A stretch of 64,000 bases of DNA from Thalia democratica (taxonomy: Eukaryota), in assembly GCA_965202585.1 (NCBI GenBank), contig OZ241829.1, positions 58,652,001 to 58,716,000 on the forward strand, written 5' to 3'. The stretch's first letter is position 1. The number at the start of each line of letters is the position of its first letter. A program made the translations under genes and the position numbers. Of the stretch, positions 1 through 11,700 are shown one piece after another. The notes below the pieces were generated by a model that was not told where the DNA came from, did no database searches, and saw only the letters and a list, made by a program, of their open reading frames with translations.

Positions 1-2720
1 CAAATCTATTGAAAATACGGCATGCTTGTAAATTTTTTGTTACTACCTCTCAAACATTGTTTATAATGGTTTGTAAATTAATTGTAGTCTCAATGTTAAT
101 TAGTTTTGAAAAGGAAAGTACATCAAACTCAAAAGTATTTAACTCCAGAAAATTAAATATTAAGCTTTTATAGTCTATTTATAAAAGACGTACTTCATCG
201 ATAAAAGAACATTCGGGTAAACTTTGTTTGAACTAATTCCAAATGTTTTTTTTAACATAAAGACCATGTTGGCGTGTTGTTTTCTAGTTTAGGATATTGT
301 TGTATACCAATAATTTTTTTTAATGACTATATCAGTAGGTTTTAAACTTTTTAAAGTTAAAAAAAATGTAGTAGACTAAGTTTAGCAAGTTTAAATAACA
401 TGGTGGTTCTTTTTTTGTTTTTTTTAATATTTTCATTATTTCAGATAAAGTTTGTGTTGTTTATTTTAAAGTCAGTATAGGTAGCACTATTTTTATGACT
501 AATTAGAACACGACATTTGCTAAAATTAAACTTATCTACAGACTTTTGAGAAACTTTGTTAGATTGACAAAACAGTTTTGTGACACCAGCAAAAAGGTTA
601 TTGTTTATGACAGGATCAAATTTTAAAGCTATATCATTTATACATGTTATAAATAAAATTGGCTAATACCCCCTTCTTGAGGCAATTTACTGTTAGAGAT
701 TCTAAAAATGTTTTACTAATCACTTATTTAAACTCTATTATAGAAACTCTACTTATAGAAACTCTTTTAATCAAATAACTGGACTATTATCAATTTTGAA
801 CTCGGATAATGTTTTTGTCAACTTGAAATTAGAAACAGTCGAAAGTTTTTACGATATCTGTATAAGTTAATTGACTTACTGCTCATAAAGACGCAAAATA
901 ATAATGCAAGACATCTAATAAATGAAAACAAGATGCTTGTTTTGGAAAATAATCAAATTTAGTATTTTTAATAAACAATCAAGTATTTTCTAAGAAATTA
1001 TATGCTCGAAAACCTGCAAAACCTACTTGTTAAAAATATTGGTTTGTAATTAGAAGGGTTTTGTGTTCTTCTTTTTGTGTAATGGTATAACATAAGAATT
1101 TATTTACTGGTTTGGTATAGAAGATAAGAAATAGTTAGTGATAAATAAAATAGGAATAATTAATTCATTATATATGAAGGAATATTTTTTAGTTTTTTAT
1201 TATTTTATCTCTTCTTTAAAAAACTTAAATTTATCACCGTTGCTTTTAAAGAAAATTTGCACTTCATGAGTTTTTTATAACAAATTTAACTTTTGGTCTT
1301 CATAACCCTTACTAAAATATTTTTGAAAAAACTTATTCAATAAAAAAGCTGTGTCAGAAAATGATGCAATTTTTGCTTATTTAAACAATGAAGGAAAAAA
1401 GAAACTGACTTAAGCTTTGTATTTACAAAATTTTTTTGTATCTTGAAAAAATAGTTTTTCTTGTTCTATGTTGATAGTTTCCACAGCTTTTTGATATTTA
1501 GTGGATTTTTTTATCATTTGCATGTTAGATCTAAGTTGATGTTTAGTTTTTATCAAATAAGTATTGGTTTATCTAACTTTTTTTGTTATTAAAGTTTTTT
1601 TTTTATTTTACCCATATGCTTTAATGAAAAATAACTCAACACTTATAAATAGCCGATTGCTATAATTAATAAATACATCAGTAGCTTTTTTATTCTGGAT
1701 TTTGTACAAGAATAATATTATATGTTTTTAAAAGTTAAATAAAAGTAAAAAATAGTTTTTATATTAATCAACAAAACTCTAAACTAAAATAAAGATACGG
1801 TTTTCTATTACAAATAATATTTTTGTCGCTTTATAAAGTAAAAAAAAAGCAGTTTTAGGACTAACTTATTCATTATAAGTTGTTCATAGACTATTCATTT
1901 TAATTAAGTTATGAACAAACACTTTTGTATACCATTTTTATCTTAACTAACAGTTAGCCTTTTCTAGCACTTGCGTTTTAGCAACCTCAATTTGAATTAT
2001 TAAAACTCAGTAACTTGTGTCATACGAGTTAAAATAAATACTTTATTACGATATAATTCAAATTGTAAATATTCTTCAAGTAAAGTAATTCTTGTTAAAA
2101 GTAATTATTCATGTTGTGGTAACCACAAGATTCAGCTAAATAAAAATTTAGTTAACATATAATAAAGTTTTAACTTTTAAAGTAAAGTTTTAAAGTTGCA
2201 GGAGATGGAATAAATTTCACTGAAAAAAAAATTGTCTGATTTAGAAAAAAAATGTTTATTACAAGTTTACTAATACGTTTTTCAATAAAAAAGTATTTTT
2301 GCAGCATTGTAAGTCAAAAGCTAAACTACGTCTCTAAAACTCTCTACATTAACTACTTCTATAATCTATAATATCTATATTAGTTTTCAGTCGGTTTAAA
2401 TAATGAAGATAAATAAAAATATGTATCAATTCACAAATATTTTGTAAACAAAAAATGAATTTAGTTTTGCTTAAATGAGCAACAAAAGACTAGTTTACAT
2501 TTTCAATTATGTAACTTTAAAGTTCTCTACAAATATGCGTATGAAATTCAAAAAAAAATTTGTTTAAATAAAGTCACAGTAATCAGCTAGAAGAAATACA
2601 AAGCAAAATTTAAATCAGGATTCAAGGAGCAGCATATTTACAATGAGCTCGCAAAAAAAGCAGCTTATTTACAACTAAAAAAGTAACATCTAATAAAAAA
2701 ACTATAACGCAAAAAAAAAA

Positions 2721-5700
2721 TCATTCTATCCATTTTTTTCTTGTTAGTTTTGGAGAAGATTTGATGTTTTCCAAACTCGTCACTTTTGCAGTATTCTAAA
2801 GAATATAATCATTAATTTAAAAGAAATATTACTTTAAAAGTAAATTAGCTTACATTGTAATTAATTGGTGGTGAAGTATTTAAATATTCTAGCAAGCTTT
2901 CAGGCCTCTTTTGAGTAGAAAGCGGGGATTTTTGGTTCAGTGATATTGGCGAATCAGATTGCTGGTAGATTCCTAACAACTTTGCCGAAGCTGGTTTAAT
3001 TAACTGAAATGAATTTAATTAATCGTTAGGTAAGTATCGCATATAAAAAATGTACAAAATTCAGGCTTTGCATGAATGAGGTATATAATATACAAGGTAG
3101 AAGAATAATATGTTTATAAGAACAAACTTACTTTTTCATTTGTAACAACATGAGATGTGGTGCTTTTTAACTCAGAGTTTTTACTTGAACTTTGCGTATT
3201 TTCAATAAACCTTACTTTAGGCTTCCTGTAAGAATAAACTAATTAGCTATTAAGTATTAGAAACCATAGGTTGTAGGCGTCTTGGTTTTTAAAGATTATT
3301 TTTATATTTTTAACTGTATGTGAAACACTAACATAGAGTCGCATACATCAAGAGGTAGTTTACTCAGTGCTGAAGTAAGGTTGGAATCTGTGACAGCTAA
3401 AAAAATATATATGTTTAAATTAAAAATTATAGAATCATGTAGAAATCAACATAAGAAACAGTACAACTAACAGTTAGAGCTAGACAGAGATGTAGAGCTT
3501 TTTAATGAAGATTTCAACGAGCTTTGGTTCGTCGACTCATTGTTTAAAGCTGAACTATCACCCGGTTGCTGGCCCAATACCTGTATTTTCAGTTTACTTT
3601 ATTTAAATATAAAACGCCTTAGTATGTTTTTAACTACAAATATTAACAGAAATTTATATTTAGTAATGTTTTTAATACAAGTATTAGTCTTCAAATTTTT
3701 GTAGCTACGTAAAAAGTCTTTACTTGTGTGAAGAACTATTGTAAAAACTAACAATGAATCTATAATTTGTTGTAGTTTAGTAGAATCTAAAAATGCTACT
3801 AGAAATAAGTATGACATGAGACAGTTTTTTAATCACGTAAATCGCCTTATTTGTTAAAAGTGTTACTTTTCAAAAGCAATAAAATATCACTTACAGCTTA
3901 AATAACAACAAATGAATTAGAAACAACATGATAGTTTAGCAGCTAATTTCTAACATACCCTCCTAACATAGTGATCTAGCATTTTTCTCCTTTCTTCCCC
4001 ATTGCTAGACAGCTGCATAGAATTGCTACTTTCGCAATTGCTACTTGATTTACTGTTGCTCACAGACGTTTCACTGCTTTGCCTGATATTTATTATCGTG
4101 TTATAGTTGGTCGATAAAGTTATATTAAAATTATTTTGTTGTAAAGAACTGCCTCTCTTAATTAAATCTAACAAAAAATAACTTTTAAACGTTTCTTCTT
4201 GTATAAATCATCTCTCCCAGTACTTTTACTACAAGTTTATTCGTTTTTACAGCAGTAGGCTAATAATGAATCAACAGTTAAGAAAAAGCTAGTAGATTTT
4301 TGAGACTTAAACTTATAAATGTATCAATAATTTAAGAAATTGGTCATTTATAACTAACACATAAAAACCTACCTTATATAAAACTTATAGAAATTGAATG
4401 TTTAACATGAATTCACAATAAAGGGTAAATTGCTTACTAACAGTTATAAATATTTGTGTGATATTAGATGAAAAAGTGTATTATAAATATTTAATGACAA
4501 ACTTATCATTTGACAAAGAAATGTGAGTTTCAGATGATTGAATCGCATTCTTGAACATTGAAGTAAAATCAGGCAAGTTTTTCAGTAAATCCTCATCTGT
4601 TTTTGTCGATTGATGCCCGTAAAAATTACTTATGTCTTTATTTTCAACAGGAGTTTGTTTTTCCGTTTGTGATTTAGTTGGGGTCAAGGGCAAAACTAGT
4701 GGAGTTGATTCTTGAAGCTCTAAATCAAACATATTTTTATTATTTCACACAAAATTACAAAAACTTGAATTTATAATACTAAATAACACACAACCTATAC
4801 TAACAGTACATGTGCTCAACTAAAAAACCTAATGGTTATATACTTTTAAAGTTATTAAAAAATATATATTTGATTTTTAAATACTAATTCTCAACAATTC
4901 AATTAAACTACAAAACTATTAATTTTCTAAAACTAAAAAAATCTCCTAAAATGTCTTTGTCTAGCTCAGCGATTCTTAATCTGGGGTAAATTTACACTTG
5001 AGGGTAAATTCATTTGTTTAAGGGGGTAAATTTTTTTATTACAAATTATGTAATTAAGGGTTTATGAATTGTCTTTTTAATTTATAAGTTATTATTTATT
5101 TTAATGTCTTTAAAGTTAAATAAACTCCTAAAATAGTACATTTTTTTATATATAATAAGCTTGAAGCTCAAAGCTTTTCCTCAAAATGACTTAATATTCT
5201 AACATTTGGGGGTTAATTTGGTAATTACCTTCCAAAAAGGGGTTAAACATGAAAAAAAGGATAAGAACTACTGGTCTAGCTTATCATTAAAACAAGTAAT
5301 TCTCAAAATGTTTTTAAGCTGTGCCCAGTAAATCACAATAAGTGAAACTGTATCAAGAAGTGTTATGTAAGTTCGTGATTTAAAGCAGTGCTTCTTAAAT
5401 GGGGTTCCGCGGAACCTTAGGGTTCCGCGAAGCCTTTCGAAATTTAAAAAAAAAATATGAAAAAAAAAAAACATAAATCATAAAACTTCAAAAAAAATGG
5501 AACACATAAAATGGAAACTATATATAATTATAGAATCCGTTGATCTACTTAGTGTGTATCTAGCGGTATGACTTTTCATGGGTATTCATTATTGATAGGT
5601 GTCCTAGTTGCGCAAATTTTTGCAAATTTTTTGAATTTCTATTTTTAGTGACGTTATGAAAATACTGGTATTATCACTAAAGCAAACAATGTAGGAGCAA

Positions 5701-8700
5701 CCAAAACAAATTCTAAATGTTTACGCAATAAAAATAAATAAAAAATCTTTATCATAAACTTATTTCTGGTATATTATATTGTTACAAATGCTGTAAAAAT
5801 GTTTAAAAAGGTGTCTATTAGCTTGATTTAAAAATCAAAATGTATAAAAGCTAAATGGATACATTGTTTTTAACATAGAGAAAATTTGGCCACAAAACAT
5901 CTTCCTTCTTGTTTACAAGAAGTTCTCTCATCGTCAATTAAAACTGTTAATTTTATAAAGAAAAGTGATACAAAGGCCAGATGTTTCAAAAACCTTTGTG
6001 AAAGTTTAGATGCTGACCATCTGCGACTTCTTTATCACAATGAAGTTCGCTGGCTTTCGAAGGGGCGGACACTGGTTCGTCTCGTTGAATTAAAAGAGCA
6101 GGTGTTCACCTTTCTTAAAGATGAAGGCTCAGAATTAGTGAAGTTCTTTGAAGATGATGTTTTTTTGGCCAGGCTAGCTTATCTCACCGATATTTTCAAA
6201 GAATTGAACGTTTTGAACTTAAGCATGCAAGGGAAGCAAAATTCCATTTTTGTCATGACAGACAAGATTGAGGCGTTTAAAATAGAATTAACTTTTGGAA
6301 GAAAAAGGTTAGCAATGGTAATTTTGCGATGTTTCACCGATTTGATGAGGCCCATGAAAAATTTATAGAATTCAACTTCTCTGACGAAATATACAACCAC
6401 CTTGATCTTTTGTCTGTAAAGTTTCAACATTATTTTCCTAAATATTTTCGCATCGAAAACTTATGGATTTTGAATCTTTTTATGTGTGATATTGCTTCAG
6501 AAGAAGTGAATCTTCCTACAGATACAGAAAACGAATTGCTGCAACTATCTGAAGATAGCAATTTAAAATTGAGTTTCAAAGGGAAGGAGCTATTAGATTT
6601 TTGGATATGTGCAATTTCAGAGTACCCCGTCTTAGCAAAGCGTGCAGTAAAATTTATTTTACCATTCACCACCACTTACCTTTACGAGTCCGGCTTTTCG
6701 CATGTAACAAACATTAAAACGAAGCAAAGGAACTGTATGCTGACTCCAACCTTATCTGCCTGTCTCCGTCTCAGTCTATCCAAAATCCAGCCGCGCATTG
6801 TTAGTAAGAGATAAGTCAGGGTTTCCCAAAGTGGGCGATATCGCTGCTCTATATAGTTTCAATTCAAAAAGTCAATTTTATACTAAAAAACCCAAAAATA
6901 GATTGTTGTAATACTTTAAATCAGTGCTTCTGAACCTTTTTCTAGTGGCGGAACCCTTTTCCAAAGTTCAACTTTTCCGCGGAACCCCTAATTTTAATTT
7001 TACATAAAATGTTTAATATAGTATTTCCTGCAAAAAACTAAAGAATTTCAGTGAAAAACGAATTTTTTAGCAAAACTATATCATTGTTAGAAATCATACA
7101 AATTGTAATAGTATTAAGCCGAGTCAAAACTGAAGTGCGCCAGAGGCAATAGGTATTTTATGATTCTATAATAAATAAACAAAAACAAGCATGATTAATC
7201 AAACATAAAAATCTTTCCTTGCATATTAAAAACAAAATGAGAGCTACAAACAATAACATTATGAGTATGAACCTAATCGAATTCACAGACTACTGTAATA
7301 AACGGGTAAGATGCCTAACAAAAAATAAGTAAAAAACATTTAGTGCAAAACTTGAACTTATCTCTTACTAACAATGCGCGGCTGGATTTTGGATAGACTG
7401 AGACGGAGACAGGCAGATAAGGTTGGAGTCAGCATACAGTTCCTTTGCTTCGTTTTAATGTTTGTTACATGCGAAAAGCCGGGCTCGCAAAGGTAAGTGG
7501 TGGTGAATGGTAAAATAAATTTTACTGCACGCTTTGCTAAGACGGGGTACTCTGAAATTGCACATATCCAAAAATCTAATAGCTCCTTCCCTTTGAAACT
7601 CAATTTTAAATTGCTATCTTCAGATAGTTGCAGCAATTCGTTTTCTGTATCTGTAGGAAGATTCACTTCTTCTGAAGCAATATCACACATAAAAAGATTC
7701 AAAATCCATAAGTTTTCGATGCGAAAATATTTAGGAAAATAATGTTGAAACTTTACAGACAAAAGATCAAGGTGGTTGTATATTTCGTCAGAGAAGTTGA
7801 ATTCTATAAATTTTTCATGGGCCTCATCAAATCGGTGAAACATCGCAAAATTACCATTGCTAACCTTTTTCTTCCAAAAGTTAATTCTATTTTAAACGCC
7901 TCAATCTTGTCTGTCATGACAAAAATGGAATTTTGCTTCCCTTGCATGCTTAAGTTCAAAACGTTCAATTCTTTGAAAATATCGGTGAGATAAGCTAGCC
8001 TGGCCAAAAAAACATCATCTTCAAAGAACTTCACTAATTCTGAGCCTTCATCTTTAAGAAAGGTGAACACCTGCTCTTTTAATTCAACGAGACGAACCAG
8101 TGTCCGCCCCTTCGAAAGCCAGCGAACTTCATTGTGATAAAGAAGTCGCAGATGGTCAGCATCTAAACTTTCACAAAGGTTTTTGAAACATCTGGCCTTT
8201 GTATCACTTTTCTTTATAAAATTAACAGTTTTAATTGACGATGAGAGAACTTCTTGTAAACAAGAAGGAAGATGTTTTGTGGCCAAATTTTCTCTATGTT
8301 AAAAACAATGTATCCATTTAGCTTTTATACATTTTGATTTTTAAATCAAGCTAATAGACACCTTTTTAAACATTTTTACAGCATTTGTAACAATATAATA
8401 TACCAGAAATAAGTTTATGATAAAGATTTTTTATTTATTTTTATTGCGTAAACATTTAGAATTTGTTTTGGTTGCTCCTACATTGTTTGCTTTAGTGATA
8501 ATACCAGTATTTTCATAACGTCACTAAAAATAGAAATTCAAAAAATTTGCAAAAATTTGCGCAACTAGGACACCTATCAATAATGAATACCCATGAAAAG
8601 TCATACCGCTAGATACACACTAAGTAGATCAACGGATTCTATAATTATATATAGTTTCCATTTTATGTGTTCCATTTTTTTTGAAGTTTTATGATTTATG

Positions 8701-11700
8701 TTTTTTTTTTTCATATTTCTTTTTTAAATTTCGAAAGGCTTCGCGGAACCCCTGAGAGGCGTCTCGGAACCCTAAGGTTCCGCGGAACCCCATTTCAGAA
8801 GCACTGAATTATAGAGTAATAAGTTATTTTTCAAACTTTTTCTTTTCTGATTATAAATTCTGAGCTAAGAACACTTACTGTGTACAGGTAGGTATTTTGA
8901 GAAAAAATTACTTAGACTAATCACCCATGTCTGTAAGTACAATTTTTAAATCTTAACATTTTGTATGCACATTACACATAAAACTTTATTTACTATTTTC
9001 TATCCATATCAAATAATATCTTTTTTAAAAGTAGACCTGCTGTACTTGTTCTTTGTTTGTAAAAGAAGTAACACCTTTATAACTTGAACTCGTTTTAAAA
9101 AAAGTTGAGCTTCAACGTAAGGATTCTTAACTTCTATATGTATATTTAGTTTTTGTTTAAACTATGTATTGACATAACAATTTTTAATCATACAAAAGCT
9201 AATATAGTAACTAACAAAAGCTAAACTTCAATTGTATTGACTTACCGGAAAGTTTATTGTCTAGGTTAGTCAAAATACTCCTGGTTTTTTCATTAATCAA
9301 ACTGTCCACCGAGGTATAATGACGATTTTGACTTTTTTCTAACTTAACACTTTTTACGGAATATTTGTTTACTATAGAATCTACATTAGACTCATCTAAA
9401 TTTCTTGCTGGTGCATTCACAAAGGGTCTTCAAAGTTGAAATTAAAATGTTATTTTAGATAAACACGTCACATAAAACAGCTTATAATATTGTATATGTA
9501 TTTAGTGAACGAAAACTAAAAATAAGCTGTTTAACTGAATTAAATTACTAACTGTTGCAGCAAAGAAACATTTTCTTTGTTTTTAGGCGGTGACTCTTTT
9601 TGAGGTATTCTTATCATTACATGCTTTGTACTCGAATAACTCTGTTAAGTTTTGTTTATATTTATACCTAAATAATACTTTAATCTTTATAATTAATTGT
9701 GTCAGTTATATTTTTAAGAGTTAAAATTAACTGAAACAAAAACAAACTCTGGATACATCTGGACTTCCATCTTCAGTAAGTGAACTATCTCCCATTGCCT
9801 ATAAAATAAATGTTTATTATAGTTTTTAATTGTACCATATAAAATAAAATAAAAATTAAACAAGTAAACAACAAACGATTAACACTTATTAAAGTAAAAT
9901 GATGACAAAACTTTTATATTAACTAAAGCAGTTGTTCAAAAATTTTAACTTATATTTTACTTTATCTTACTAGAAAAATTAATTTATTGTACATAAAAGT
10001 TATGCTTTGATAATAAATTTATCTAGTCGGTTATGATTACTAAAGCTTTTTACTTCAAAGGTAGATAACATCATATTAAAGTAGTAAACATATTATTTTT
10101 TATTAAACATGTATTTTATACCTGAATAGTTTGGCTATAATGTGATTGAAGTAAGCTTTGAAATTTAGCTTTCATCTCATCTTTAATTATGCAAGTTTTT
10201 TGTTCTAGTCTGGAAAGTTGAATATTCTTTTATTAAATTACATAAAACTCATGATAGTTCATAGAAAAAAGTTATAGTAAGAAAAACAGTGTTAGCTTAA
10301 TTTTAAAACATATTAGTTGATTTTATACATTTTATTCTATGCACATATACTTTGATAACTTATAAGCTGAATACAGTTTAAAGGATATAATTACGAGAAT
10401 GCATTGTACCTAAGTGATAGAATCAAAAACTGGATAGTAGTACCAGTTAGTTTACAGTATCGTATCTTCAAAGAGTCAAATCAGGAAGTCTCGTAAATGC
10501 AAAATCGAACCGAACTAATTGTATTATACTAAGTATTAAGATGAATATTCTAGTTATTTATACTTTTAATATTACAAAACTTTTTTATAAGCTTAAATTT
10601 TTAACTAATGTCATGATGTCGTACTTTTGTACATACTTTTTTTGATAGGAGACTTCTATTTGATGGGTGGCGTTATTGAAGCCTATTTGCTGTTTGTTAA
10701 GATTGTCTTTGTGATTACCTAATAGATTTTCCAGCTCTTTTTTGTGAGATTCGATCAATTCTAAAACCTGTTAGCACCAATGTTTTAATAAAGTTTAGTT
10801 TACCTTAACGTTGAGTATTATAATCAATTTTTTAAACTGTATCAAAGTATTTCATGTTGTTTTCGAAATTAATAAAGTTAGTCAAAAATTACTATTGTTT
10901 TGTAATTTAAATAAGTCTTTAGACATTTATAGTTTTTATTTCGTGATTTCAACACTAAAACTTTTATATCAAGTTCAGCTAGTTTATAAGTTATACTAAC
11001 TTGTTTTTTATTATTTTCAATTATTTGAACTTCCCTTTCATCTGACACAAGTTTTGCTTTTTCTAACTCTTCAAGAACCTTTGTTTGTATACGTAAAAAA
11101 AAATTAAAAAGCAATATTATTTGTGATCTTATAAATAAAAAAAGCAATAAAACTCATTTAATTATTTAAACAATATAACAAAGAAAAATAAGTTCCCAAA
11201 TGAAACTAAGCTAAATATATTTCATTAACAAACTTTTTTATTGGCTTCAATTTCCATTTCATCTTGGAGTTTGGCCATAGCACTTTCGTGAGCTTTCATA
11301 TCCTCTTCCCTTTGAATTTGAATTTCTTCAACTTTATGCTGCAACTTACGCATCTTGTCTTCATTCTCATCCGCTTCCCTCGAATGTCTGCGGTTTTCAA
11401 TCTCTAACACCTCCACTCTTTCGCGCTCCAACTTTAATTTTTCCTGTTTAAAAATTGTCATAAAATATAGGAAGTTAAAGAAAAACATAAAACCAAACTA
11501 CTTTTTAACTTTGACAACTGTATACTTGAGTTTAAAAAATACCAACTCTGTATTCATCCACTTCCTTTTCGTGCTTTTCATTTTTTTCATTGATCATTTT
11601 GTTCCAATGCATTTCTTCTTTTACAAAAATTTTGCCTTGTTTCTGATCAAACAAACAGTTTAATTCATTTAGTGTATTTTTAAACTAGAAAGCTGTTATA

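Noticed and set aside
1-965. Plus-strand patches with coding-like translation (for example LLRNFVRLTKQFCDTSKK and NQITGLLSILNSDNVF)
   Set aside because: I could not join them with consistent phases and plausible intron lengths, and found no recognisable motif. They may be a decayed element or a gene end.
3599-3817. 72-aa minus-strand ORF
   Set aside because: It lies in a centrobin intron, has AT-biased composition and has no fitting splice sites.
6179-7993. Antisense ORFs 6179-6430, 6430-6675, 7497-7742 and 7742-7993
   Set aside because: They are shadows of the transposase pseudogene on the opposite strand.
10811-11663. Plus-strand ORFs 10811-10999 and 11355-11663
   Set aside because: They are antisense to centrobin exons and introns.
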